Positions 36,901-44,676 of a DNA stretch of 64,000 bases are shown one piece after another. Within the stretch, counting starts at the first letter, position 1. Every line of letters begins with the position of its first letter. Both the position numbers and the translations under genes were made by a program. Origin of the DNA: Longimicrobiales bacterium (GTDB lineage: Bacteria > Gemmatimonadota > Gemmatimonadetes > Longimicrobiales > Gaopeijiaceae); NCBI GenBank assembly GCA_965116095.1, contig OZ220481.1, positions 1,525,192 to 1,589,191 on the forward strand, read 5' to 3'. The notes below the pieces were generated by a model that made no database searches, was not told the DNA's origin, and saw nothing but the letters and a program-made list of their open reading frames with translations.

Positions 36901-38339
36901 GCCAAAACCAGCATCCCCGAAACCCTCGCCGTGCGCACGTGCGTCCCGCTGAAGTTCGCCCGCGTCTCCATATCATCCATCGCCTCGACCTCCATCTCCA
37001 TCTCCTCGAAAGCGTACATCCCCATCTGCGCCTCCGTCGGCATGAGCGCTGCCATGTACGTCCCCGCCTTCAAGCCCCGGAAGGAGTACACCCCCGACGC
37101 ATCCGTAGTCGCGTTCATCGCCTCGTCCATGTCCCCGCCCGTCAAGCGCACCGCCATCCCGGCGACGAACATCCCCTCGACGCTCACCGCGCCCGCAATC
37201 GCCGCCGTCCGCAGCATCGATCCCTGAAAGTCCACCGTCCCCCGCTCCCCCGGATCCAGCGTTACTTCCCTCGAGGTCGCCGCAAACTCGTACGACTCCG
37301 CGTCGTACCCCGAGATCGACACCGTCCACGTCCCGGGCAGCAGCCCGGAAAAGACGTACATCCCGTCCGCGTCCGTTCGCGCGGACGGCGCATCCTCCGG
37401 CCCGTCCAACTCGACCACGGCGCCCTGAACCGGCTGACCGTCCGCAAGCACGTGCCCCGAAATCGACGCGCCCCTCAAGAACGTCCCCGAAAAGTCCGCC
37501 TTGACCACCGCGTTCGCCGCAGCCTCCACGTCCATCGACTCTTCGGAAAAACTCACGCGATCCGCGTCGTACCCCGATATCGTCACCGCGTAGCTCCCCG
37601 GCAGCAGATCCGCAAAGGCGTACATGCCGTCCGAATCCGTCGCCGCCCGATGCTCCTCGACTCCCGAAATCTCGACCGCGACGCCCGCCAAAGGCTCGCC
37701 CTCCGCCTCGACCACGCCTTCGATCCCCGCCGTGCGCAGCATCGTCCCGGCAAAGTCCGCCACCTCCGTCGACGCCACCGCCAGCGTCCGCGTCACGCTC
37801 GTCTCCGCAAAGGCGTACAAATCCGCGTCGAATCCCGAAATCTCCACCGTGTGCGTTCCCGCCCGAAGCCCCGAAAACGCATACGCGCCCATCGCGTCCG
37901 TCATGACCGATCCCTCGGACATCCCCGAAAGACGCACCGTCACGCCCTCAAGGCGCATGTCGCCGGCCATCACCGTACCCGTCAGCGCCGACGTCCGTAT
38001 CCACGACCCCGAAAAGTCCACCGTCACCGACTGACCCGCCGACGCTATCGTCGCAGACCCCGTCGCGGCGTCAAACGCCGCGTCCGCCGGATACCCCGTT
38101 ATCGACACCGCGTAGGTACCCGCCTCCACGCCGTCGAACCGATACGACCCGCCGCCCGACGTCGTCTGCGAACTCCCGTTCGACAGCGACACCGACACGC
38201 CGTCCAGCCCTTCCCCCTCCACCATCACCTTCCCCAGAATCGACCCCGCCTCGGGCGGCGCCGTAGCCTCGTCACAGGCCCACGCGCCTACCGCCAGCAG
38301 CGCCCCGATCCCGAGCGCCCTCATCTTGCCTCTGCTCAT
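33903..38339 (-). CDS. Giant secreted protein (about 1478 aa). It has a signal peptide, about eight CarboxypepD_reg-like (transthyretin-like) beta-sandwich repeats, an extremely Met-rich central region (~10 % Met) and a Cys-containing C-terminal domain of unknown function.
   Basis: Repeats of about 90 aa ending ...YxFxGLxAGTYTVxISGxDA. Start moved to MSRGKMRALGIGALLAVGAWAC, because the ORF-track start has no signal peptide and includes translated poly-G. Met count is about 10 to 11 per 100 aa over about 600 aa. Confidence 0.75.
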   Translation of the reverse strand: MSRGKMRALGIGALLAVGAWACDEATAPPEAGSILGKVMVEGEGLDGVSVSLSNGSSQTTSGGGSYRFDGVEAGTYAVSITGYPADAAFDAATGSATIASAGQSVTVDFSGSWIRTSALTGTVMAGDMRLEGVTVRLSGMSEGSVMTDAMGAYAFSGLRAGTHTVEISGFDADLYAFAETSVTRTLAVASTEVADFAGTMLRTAGIEGVVEAEGEPLAGVAVEISGVEEHRAATDSDGMYAFADLLPGSYAVTISGYDADRVSFSEESMDVEAAANAVVKADFSGTFLRGASISGHVLADGQPVQGAVVELDGPEDAPSARTDADGMYVFSGLLPGTWTVSISGYDAESYEFAATSREVTLDPGERGTVDFQGSMLRTAAIAGAVSVEGMFVAGMAVRLTGGDMDEAMNATTDASGVYSFRGLKAGTYMAALMPTEAQMGMYAFEEMEMEVEAMDDMETRANFSGTHVRTARVSGMLVLAGGEKTLRDAGAAGLSGAVKLTLNGPGVADARTAMTDDMGMYSFGELKAGSYRLVYASPPMNPTHTKMTGGGLGTTGMVIELDAGEEMKHDFEYELTHHSLTVMAKYGYANCAKDDCMSDMGVEGVMVKAVASDPEDHAKGWGQEALAEAKTDEDGMAMLEIPTGSLAGNMVYLMGSMGDMAADFKAEDATDTAMVDPMSLKSESMDPLLYLANKANVSLTVRSVRRGSAGGGYMNKAEVAAFKGTSKTASATATTGSNGSASLTLTAAPSKTGKYRVGMKDMNLYFHHDMDDEGMEYLEFTHNGLHPPDEAMHLGTLVVGHKKVDVKVGAHRELDDVPGVSCVPLKATDKTCTGDRKDVAPSEGDVELHLEKMSDGGSWEIVSSTTMLDSSHVFKGVMTQEGKYRLRAELDSWLEEEGGMIVGSETMDLDPNSMAHMPMYAACKANPRDKKMCSSFGYKRMGNSLSAMFRSAGDPMNADGMDVELMAKALHGGKTMEENTDDMGKAVIREMLDGTYAVTATAGDSDYMFRMLQDNGTRFTGISYSETMSLGMATVGADEATGLKELMPEGMTHYETRFMDAGLEGRAAVRVTGICFNDADTLPPTADLDCSNVTRGLSGATYVDGTQTFVQGGKQVSLKVRVTGKVKAEAKETTQILSVPRGHARRTRTDDDGTFEFEGLPSEVYQVTVAGAGTQLAYPSDNETDTKNFDKAATIQEPFAGDNKRFQCKGESVLCAGGGAWGAKTDAVRQDHRTGVIMEEYAANEGPRLSGLAAPGHQALGFGMVANRKIKTKVWMYPGQDSVDSSRKKHEGMIEFPFFKCGASSRRAGNNDTTFVDCGDGFSHPRYHALTITDSAVADYGTDSVATLKRYVGGKYPMVTEGNDKILSFWLKLDGHEPVIELAPGRYVLQQENGAKSKDGKFEMKWGSNGVACDPSSGVFNEPDSTKWSRPATRRIIVPHDPTKAAWGAHQEFDPPSAYQCHALQTKGFIRISYVPLS

Positions 38340-38532
38340 ACGCGCTTTCCCTTTCCTAAGTGCGCGCCGGAAAGCCCGGCCCGAGCCCATGACGGACCCG
38401 TTCAAACCGAAGCCTCCCGCGCCTTCCCGCACACGCAAACCCAAGCGCATGCGTTTCGGCACGCCTATATAGGTGCAAGAGTCGTGCCAAAAATGAGAAA
38501 AATTGCGTAAATACCTGCGGTTCAAGGAGATA

Positions 38533-38550
38533 CCCCCCCCCCCCCCCCCC
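38533..38550. repeat. Homopolymeric C18 (G18 on the minus strand) tract in the divergent promoter region between the giant protein gene and the PQQ dehydrogenase gene
   Basis: Seen directly. About 190 bp from each flanking start codon. Confidence 0.9.
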
Positions 38551-38574
38551 ATTTTCTCCGCGATGCGCGAAAAC

Positions 38575-38607
38575 TCGAATTTTCGACGACCCTCATCGAA
38601 ATTTCGA
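38575..38607. promoter_or_regulatory. Pair of 12-bp palindromic operator-like sites, TCGAATTTTCGA (38575..38586) and TCGAAATTTCGA (38596..38607), 21 bp centre to centre, plus a GC-rich hairpin (38631..38660)
   Basis: Seen directly. AT-rich palindromes stand out in about 68 % GC DNA. Spacing is two helical turns. Confidence 0.35.
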
Positions 38608-38741
38608 CACTTGAAGGGCCGGGTTGAGACCAGAAGGCCGTCCCGCATTTCGCGGGAGGCCTCTAACTACGCAGTCGCCGCCGAAGTGGTTGTTTCCTAC
38701 GTTTACCTGAACGCCGACAAACGGAGCGGCGGCGAAACGAC

Positions 38742-40784
38742 GTGAAACGGTTGGTTCAAAGATCCCCGAGGCGCGCGATAGGAAGATCTGACGGAGAGAC
38801 GCACGGCGAGCATCTTCGGCTCGCGCCGCGTCTTTGTGCTGCTTTCGCAGCGGCGCTCTTTGCTTTGGGCGGGCCCGCTCTCGCCCAAAAGGGGGCGCTC
38901 GGGGGAGAGTGGAGGCACTACGCGGGCGACTACGGCGCCACGCGCTACTCCGCGCTGGATCAGATTCACGCGGGCAACGCCGATTCGCTGAACATCGCGT
39001 GGCGCTGGACCGCCGCAAACTTCGGTCCCGTTCCTGAAGTGAATTATCGGACGACGCCGCTGATGGCGAACGGAGTCCTCTTTGCGACCGCGGGATACAG
39101 GAGGACGGTCGTCGCCATCGACGCGGGAACGGGCGAGACCCTTTGGACATATCGCTTGGACGAAGGCGACCGCTCGGCGCCCAGACGCAATTCGGGGCGT
39201 GGCGTCGCCCTCTGGGAGGATTCTCGCGGCAGGCTCAGGGTCTACGTCGTCTCTCCTGGCTTTCAGTTGATCTCGCTTGATGCCGCGACCGGCCTTCCCG
39301 TGCAAGGCTTCGGAAGCCAAGGCATCCTGGACCTCAGGGCGGGACTCGTGCCGCCCGGCGAGCTGGAGACCACCCCGCTGGGATCCTCCTCTCCGCCGGT
39401 CATTCTGGACGACGCGCTCGTTGTCGGATCGGCGCTTCCCTCCGGCGCGGCCCCGCCGTCGCCTGAAATGCCGAAGGGCTTCGTCCGAGGGTACGATCCA
39501 GAGACCGGCGAGCTCCTCTGGACCTTCCACACGATTCCCCGGCCCGGCGAATTCGGACATGAGAGCTGGGAAGGGGACTCTTGGAGCTATACTGGAAACA
39601 CCGCCGTCTGGACTCCCTTTTCCGCAGATCCTCGGACCGGCGTCGTCTACCTCCCCGTCGAGGCGCCGACGGGAGACTACTACGGGGGTCACCGGCTCGG
39701 CGACAATCTCTTTTCCCAGAGCTTGGTCGCGGTGCGCGCCCGCGACGGAAGGCGCGTCTGGCACTACCAGACGGTGCGTCACGGCATCTGGGACTACGAT
39801 CCGCCGGCGCCCCCGATCCTGGCCGATGTCGAAATAGGCGGACAGCTGCGCAACATTGTCGCGCTGCTTACGAAGCAGGGATTCACCTTCGTCTTCGACC
39901 GCGCAACTGGAGAGCCGATCTGGCCGATTGAAGAACGCGCCGTGCCCGAGAGCGACGTTCCCGGCGAACGCGCCTCCCCCACGCAACCATTTCCTACGAA
40001 GCCGCCGCCCTTTGATCGCCAAGGCGTGGATCCCGCCGAGCTCATCGACTTCACGCCGGAGCTTCGGGCCGAAGCCCTGGAAATCATCTCTCGCCTGCGC
40101 CACGGTCCGCTCTACACGCCGCCCTCCCTTGTATCGGAGTCGGGCACCCAAGGCACGCTGATGGTGCCGGGTTCGCTGGGCGGAGCCAACTGGCCGGGCG
40201 GCGCACTTGACCCTGAAACCGGCCTGCTCTACGTGCAGTCGGTCACCGCTCCAAGCGTGATCGCGCTCCGCGCCGACCCGGAAATCTCACAGATGCGATA
40301 CGTGCGCGGCGGCGGCCTTCGGCTGCGGGGAGGCGGCGGACCCAGGGGCCTTCCTCTCTTTCGCCCTCCTTGGGGGCGAATCACGGCGATCGACCTCAAG
40401 AGCGGGGAGATCGCATGGCAGATCCCAAATGGAGAGGCGCCGGAGTACGTACGAGAACACCCAGCGCTGGAAGGCGTCCAGGTTGGGCGCACGGGCCGGC
40501 CCGACCGAGGCGGACTGCTTGCGACGCGCACGCTGCTCTTTGCCGGCGAGGGGGGCGGAATGTACGCGGCCTACGGGTCCGGCGGCCGCATGTTTCGCGC
40601 GCACGACAAGTCGACCGGCGAGATCCTCGCCGAAATCGAACTCCCGGCGAATCAGACGGGGCTTCCGATGACCTACATGCACGAGGGCCGTCAGTTCATC
40701 GTGCTGGCGGTGGGCGCGCAGCGGCATCCGGGAGAGCTGGTCGCCCTCACGCTTCCGGAGCGCCCCGCGCCCGGGAGACCGTAA
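38742..40784 (+). CDS. PQQ-dependent dehydrogenase (quinoprotein glucose/alcohol dehydrogenase family, 8-bladed propeller), secreted
   Basis: WRHYAGDYGATRYSALDQI, repeated W-containing PQQ propeller motifs. Signal peptide. Exact start is uncertain. Confidence 0.8.
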   Translation: MKRLVQRSPRRAIGRSDGETHGEHLRLAPRLCAAFAAALFALGGPALAQKGALGGEWRHYAGDYGATRYSALDQIHAGNADSLNIAWRWTAANFGPVPEVNYRTTPLMANGVLFATAGYRRTVVAIDAGTGETLWTYRLDEGDRSAPRRNSGRGVALWEDSRGRLRVYVVSPGFQLISLDAATGLPVQGFGSQGILDLRAGLVPPGELETTPLGSSSPPVILDDALVVGSALPSGAAPPSPEMPKGFVRGYDPETGELLWTFHTIPRPGEFGHESWEGDSWSYTGNTAVWTPFSADPRTGVVYLPVEAPTGDYYGGHRLGDNLFSQSLVAVRARDGRRVWHYQTVRHGIWDYDPPAPPILADVEIGGQLRNIVALLTKQGFTFVFDRATGEPIWPIEERAVPESDVPGERASPTQPFPTKPPPFDRQGVDPAELIDFTPELRAEALEIISRLRHGPLYTPPSLVSESGTQGTLMVPGSLGGANWPGGALDPETGLLYVQSVTAPSVIALRADPEISQMRYVRGGGLRLRGGGGPRGLPLFRPPWGRITAIDLKSGEIAWQIPNGEAPEYVREHPALEGVQVGRTGRPDRGGLLATRTLLFAGEGGGMYAAYGSGGRMFRAHDKSTGEILAEIELPANQTGLPMTYMHEGRQFIVLAVGAQRHPGELVALTLPERPAPGRP

Positions 40785-43014
40785 CCCGCCCGCTCGCGTC
40801 CACAAGCACCCTCACGGTGCCGTGCAGGTCCGTGCGATGAACGAGAACGCCTCGACTTTCGAGCGCCTCAATCACTTCCGGCGCCGGATGGCCGTGTCGA
40901 TTGCGTCGTCCAGCACTGATGATCGCATGATCCGGGCGCACCCGCTCAAGAAACGCATCGCCGGTGGAGGTGCGGCTGCCGTGGTGGCCCACCTTCAGGA
41001 TGTCGGACTGTTCCAGCCGATCCAGAATCCGATCCTCCGCCGCTTTGTTTGCATCCCCCATCAGCAGAATCCGAACGCCCGCGTACGTGGCGAGGAGGAT
41101 GACGGAGAGTTCGTTGGGCCCGATGTCGCGTTGAAGATGGGCTTGGGCGTCCGGACCCAAAACCTCGAACAGCACTCCGTCCGTGCGCCACGAGACGCCG
41201 TCATGGACGCGGCGCCAAGGGATATTCTCGGCGCGCGCCGCCGCGACGCCCGCCGCGTGTCCGCTCTGCCCGAACGCGGTGCCGGGGCCAAGCACGCTGC
41301 CTGCCCGAAAGGCGCGAAGCACCGAAGCGAGCCCTCCCGCATGATCCTGGTCCGAATGAGTAAGCAGGACCGTCTCCAGCCGAGTCGCGCCCCGCGCCCG
41401 AAGAAATGGGACGACGCGTCTTTGGCCCGCGTCGCCCCCTTGGTAGGCGGGCCCCGCGTCGATGAGCATCCAGCGACCCATAGGCGTCCTGATCGCAAGC
41501 GCGTCGCCCTGCCCCACGTCGATGGCCGACAGCTCCAGCCGACCCCTTCCCAGGAGATGCTGCGCCGCTTCGCCCAAATGAAGCGCGCTGACTGCGGAGA
41601 GGACCGCGACTAACAGCTTTAGGCCGCCGCTTGCGCGCGGACGCATCCGAAGAAGAAAGAGCGACAGAAGCGCGCCGCCCGTGAGCAGCGTGGCCTCCAA
41701 GGGAGAGGCGCTGACGACGGTATGCGGGATTTGCGCGAGCGCCTTCGCCGCGATCGCGAGAAAGGAGAGCAGCGTGTCCGCCGCTCCGCCTGCGACGGAG
41801 GCCCCTGGAAGGCCCAGAATATCCAGCGCCGCCGCCGCGAAGATCCCTGGAACCGCAGCAACGACCAGCGGCGTCAGGGCCAAAGAGGAAGGCAGCGAGA
41901 GAAGCGGAATCTCTCCGAAGTGGATTGCAAGCACCGGGGCCGTAAACACACTCGCCCCGGCTCCGACGGCTGCGGCCTGAAGCGTTCGACCGAGCCAGCC
42001 CCTAGCGGCCGTCAGCCGCCGACGCGCCCACCGATCCGCGAATAGAATTCCCAAGACGCCGGTCAACGTCAGCTGAAAGCCGGCATGAGAAGCGACGGAA
42101 GGATCGACCAGCGTCATCACGAGGGCCGCGCAGGCAAGCGCTCCCAAGGGGTGTACGGGAACGCCTTTGATTCGCCCAACCGATAGCGCTGAAATCATCC
42201 ACGCGGCCCGAACGGCCGATGTCGGCGCGCCGATCAGCGCCACGTACGCCCATACGACGACGGGCACGAGGATCGCCCTTGCGCGAAAAGTCGCCTTCAG
42301 CGCGGCGAGAAAGAGGCCCCAGAGCAGCCCGACGATTCCCACGTGGAATCCGGAAATGGCCAGCAGGTGCGCGATCCCGGCTCTCGCGAAGGCCTCGCGC
42401 AGCTCCGGCGAAATCCCGTCGCGGTCGGCCAGCGAAAGCGCTTTGGCCATCCCCGCGCGCTCCGGTATCCGACGCTCCAAGGCGAGCGACGCCCTCTCGC
42501 GCGCCCGAGCCGTCCACCTGGCGACAAGAGGAACCTCGGCTTCCGCCGCCTTTGCGTCCTCCGCGCGCGCAAAGAACACTGGCGACAAGCCGCGTCCCAA
42601 GCCCCACTCGCCCGGGATGCGAAGCGGGGCGCCCGCAGCAGGCGGCGCGCCGCGCCCCGCGAGGTATACCCGGACCTTTGCGCAAGCGCTCCGCGGGGCG
42701 CCGGTCCGCACGAACGAGCTCGCGCCCTGGAGGCGCGCCACCGCAAAGTAGCCCTCGATTGCCGCAGCGCGACCCGCCGCGGCTTCTCTTCGGCACCTCT
42801 CAAGGGAAGCCTCGTGAGCCCCTCTCCATCCGGCGCCCGCGGCGAAGGCCGCCGCGACGGCGACGAACGTCGATTTTGGGCCGATCCATAGCCCTAGGGG
42901 AACGACTAGCAGCGCAGCCGCAAGAAGGCCGGACCCTGCCGGAAGAAGAAAATGAAGGGCGGCGCCGGAAACGAAGCCGAAGGCCGCCCAAGCTACGGGC
43001 GGGCCGGTGGTCAA
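40747..43014 (-). CDS. comEC: DNA internalization competence protein ComEC/Rec2 (competence domain plus C-terminal metallo-beta-lactamase domain)
   Basis: AGIAHLLAISGFHVG competence motif. MBL HxHxDH-like LLTHSDQDHAGG. Confidence 0.85.
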   Translation of the reverse strand: MTTGPPVAWAAFGFVSGAALHFLLPAGSGLLAAALLVVPLGLWIGPKSTFVAVAAAFAAGAGWRGAHEASLERCRREAAAGRAAAIEGYFAVARLQGASSFVRTGAPRSACAKVRVYLAGRGAPPAAGAPLRIPGEWGLGRGLSPVFFARAEDAKAAEAEVPLVARWTARARERASLALERRIPERAGMAKALSLADRDGISPELREAFARAGIAHLLAISGFHVGIVGLLWGLFLAALKATFRARAILVPVVVWAYVALIGAPTSAVRAAWMISALSVGRIKGVPVHPLGALACAALVMTLVDPSVASHAGFQLTLTGVLGILFADRWARRRLTAARGWLGRTLQAAAVGAGASVFTAPVLAIHFGEIPLLSLPSSLALTPLVVAAVPGIFAAAALDILGLPGASVAGGAADTLLSFLAIAAKALAQIPHTVVSASPLEATLLTGGALLSLFLLRMRPRASGGLKLLVAVLSAVSALHLGEAAQHLLGRGRLELSAIDVGQGDALAIRTPMGRWMLIDAGPAYQGGDAGQRRVVPFLRARGATRLETVLLTHSDQDHAGGLASVLRAFRAGSVLGPGTAFGQSGHAAGVAAARAENIPWRRVHDGVSWRTDGVLFEVLGPDAQAHLQRDIGPNELSVILLATYAGVRILLMGDANKAAEDRILDRLEQSDILKVGHHGSRTSTGDAFLERVRPDHAIISAGRRNRHGHPAPEVIEALESRGVLVHRTDLHGTVRVLVDASGRVTVSRARGAPEA

Positions 43015-43280
43015 TCCAGAGGCGACTCCCTCTCCGCCGCGACGGGCATCCGGCTAGACGCGCGCTCTTCGCGCAGCAGGCGCCTGACCCGAAGGTCGGA
43101 ATACAGCCCCGCAAGGAGCGTCGCCGCCATGCCGACCAGCATTCCCCCGAAGGCCACGTAGGCGACCGGCACCTCCCGGAGCCGAACGACGCCCAAGTCG
43201 AGCGCAACCCACTGGTCCGAATTCAGCCGAGCCAAGACCGCGCCCGCAAGCGCTACGATCAAAAGCGCCGGGATCCTCAT
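43011..43280 (-). CDS. LapA/DUF1049-like small inner-membrane protein
   Basis: MRIPALLIVALAGAVLARLNSDQWVALDLGVV... two-TM LapA-like pattern. The ORF-track upstream extension is rejected. Confidence 0.45.
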   Translation of the reverse strand: MRIPALLIVALAGAVLARLNSDQWVALDLGVVRLREVPVAYVAFGGMLVGMAATLLAGLYSDLRVRRLLREERASSRMPVAAERESPLD

Positions 43281-43305
43281 CGCCCACGGTCCGAGGCGCA
43301 CCTTT

Positions 43306-44676
43306 CTACGAGGCCCTTTGACGCGGCTGAAGCTCGGGGGCGCAGGCGCGCTCCGCAATAAAGGTGGCTCCAGTGGTGCCCGCCAGCCGAGCATGCACAT
43401 AGGCGCCGATTTCGCTCTCTTCCGCGGGCACGACCAGCGCCTTAAAGCGTCGGGTGCGTCCCATGAGCATTCCCTTGGTCTTGGCGGGCCGCTCCAGCAG
43501 GGCTTCCTCCACCCGCCCCACCTCGCCCAGGTTGATCTCTCGCTGAATGCGCCGAGTCAGGCGAATGAGGCGGGTCAAACGCTCGCTTGCGGTATCCGGA
43601 TCGACGAACTGATCGCGCGGAAGTCTGGTGGCGGGCGTGCTCGGTCGCTCGCTGTAGCAGTAGGTAAAGGCCTCGTCAAAACGCACCTCCCGAAGCAGAT
43701 CCAGCGTCTCCTGAAACTCCGATTCGGTCTCTCCGGGGAAGCCCGCGATCACGTCGGTCGAGAGCGCGACATCGGGAACCGCGCGGCGGATCAGCTCGAC
43801 CTTCTCCAGGAAACTCTCCCGCGTGTAGCGCCGAAGCATCCGCTTGAGCGTGCGGTCGCACCCGGACTGAACCGGCAGGTGAAACTGCTCGCACACGGCC
43901 TCTTCGCTGGCCATCGTCTCCGCGAGCTCCTCCGTGACATCGTTCGGGTGCGGAGAGGTAAAGCGCACCCTCCGGATCCCCGGCGTCCGTCCCGCCTCCC
44001 TGAGCAGTCGCGCAAAGCTCCAGCCATCCACGCTCCATGAATTGACGGTTTGCCCAAGCAGCGTGACCTCGGAGACTCCCGACTGCGCAATGCGCCCGAC
44101 CTCGGCCAACACCTCCCGGGGATCCCGGTTTTTCTCCGAGCCGCGCACATAGGGGACGATGCAGAAGGTGCAGCGGTGGTTGCACCCCCTTTGGATCGGA
44201 ATCCACGCCGAGATGCTTGATCGCCGTCGCTGCTCCAGCCCTTGGTAGTTCTCGTCCATCGAGAGGCCAAGCACCGACAGCTGCTTCTGCTTCGGCCCGC
44301 CTCCGGGCGGCCGCGCGGCTCTCCGCCCCGCCTCCCGCACCGCGCTCGCAAGACCCCGATATCCGTCCGGTCCCACGACGAGATCCACGTGAGGCGCGCG
44401 CGAAAGAAGGTCATTCCCCATCCGCTCCGCCATGCATCCGGTGACGCCCAGCACGAGGTCCGGCTTGCTCTTGCGGAGCCCGTTCAGCTGTCCGATGCGA
44501 CCAATCACCCGTCGCTCGGCATGCTCTCTGATCGCACAGGTGTTCACGAGGACGACATCGGCGTCCCCGGCCTCCTCCACGATCTCAAAGCCGTCCGATT
44601 CAAGGAGGCCCTCCATGAGCTCGCCGTCCGAGATGTTCATCTGGCAGCCGTAGGTCTCGACGTACGCTTTCTTCAT
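43306..44676 (-). CDS. miaB: tRNA-i6A37 methylthiotransferase MiaB (radical SAM)
   Basis: MKKAYVETYGCQMN, CNHRCTFCIVP radical-SAM cluster, TRAM C-terminus. Confidence 0.9.
   Translation of the reverse strand: MKKAYVETYGCQMNISDGELMEGLLESDGFEIVEEAGDADVVLVNTCAIREHAERRVIGRIGQLNGLRKSKPDLVLGVTGCMAERMGNDLLSRAPHVDLVVGPDGYRGLASAVREAGRRAARPPGGGPKQKQLSVLGLSMDENYQGLEQRRRSSISAWIPIQRGCNHRCTFCIVPYVRGSEKNRDPREVLAEVGRIAQSGVSEVTLLGQTVNSWSVDGWSFARLLREAGRTPGIRRVRFTSPHPNDVTEELAETMASEEAVCEQFHLPVQSGCDRTLKRMLRRYTRESFLEKVELIRRAVPDVALSTDVIAGFPGETESEFQETLDLLREVRFDEAFTYCYSERPSTPATRLPRDQFVDPDTASERLTRLIRLTRRIQREINLGEVGRVEEALLERPAKTKGMLMGRTRRFKALVVPAEESEIGAYVHARLAGTTGATFIAERACAPELQPRQRAS

Noticed and set aside
38503-38745. 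80-aa ORF MRKYLRFKEIPPPPPP...
   Set aside because: It is simply the C18 tract and divergent promoter region translated. There is no coding signal.
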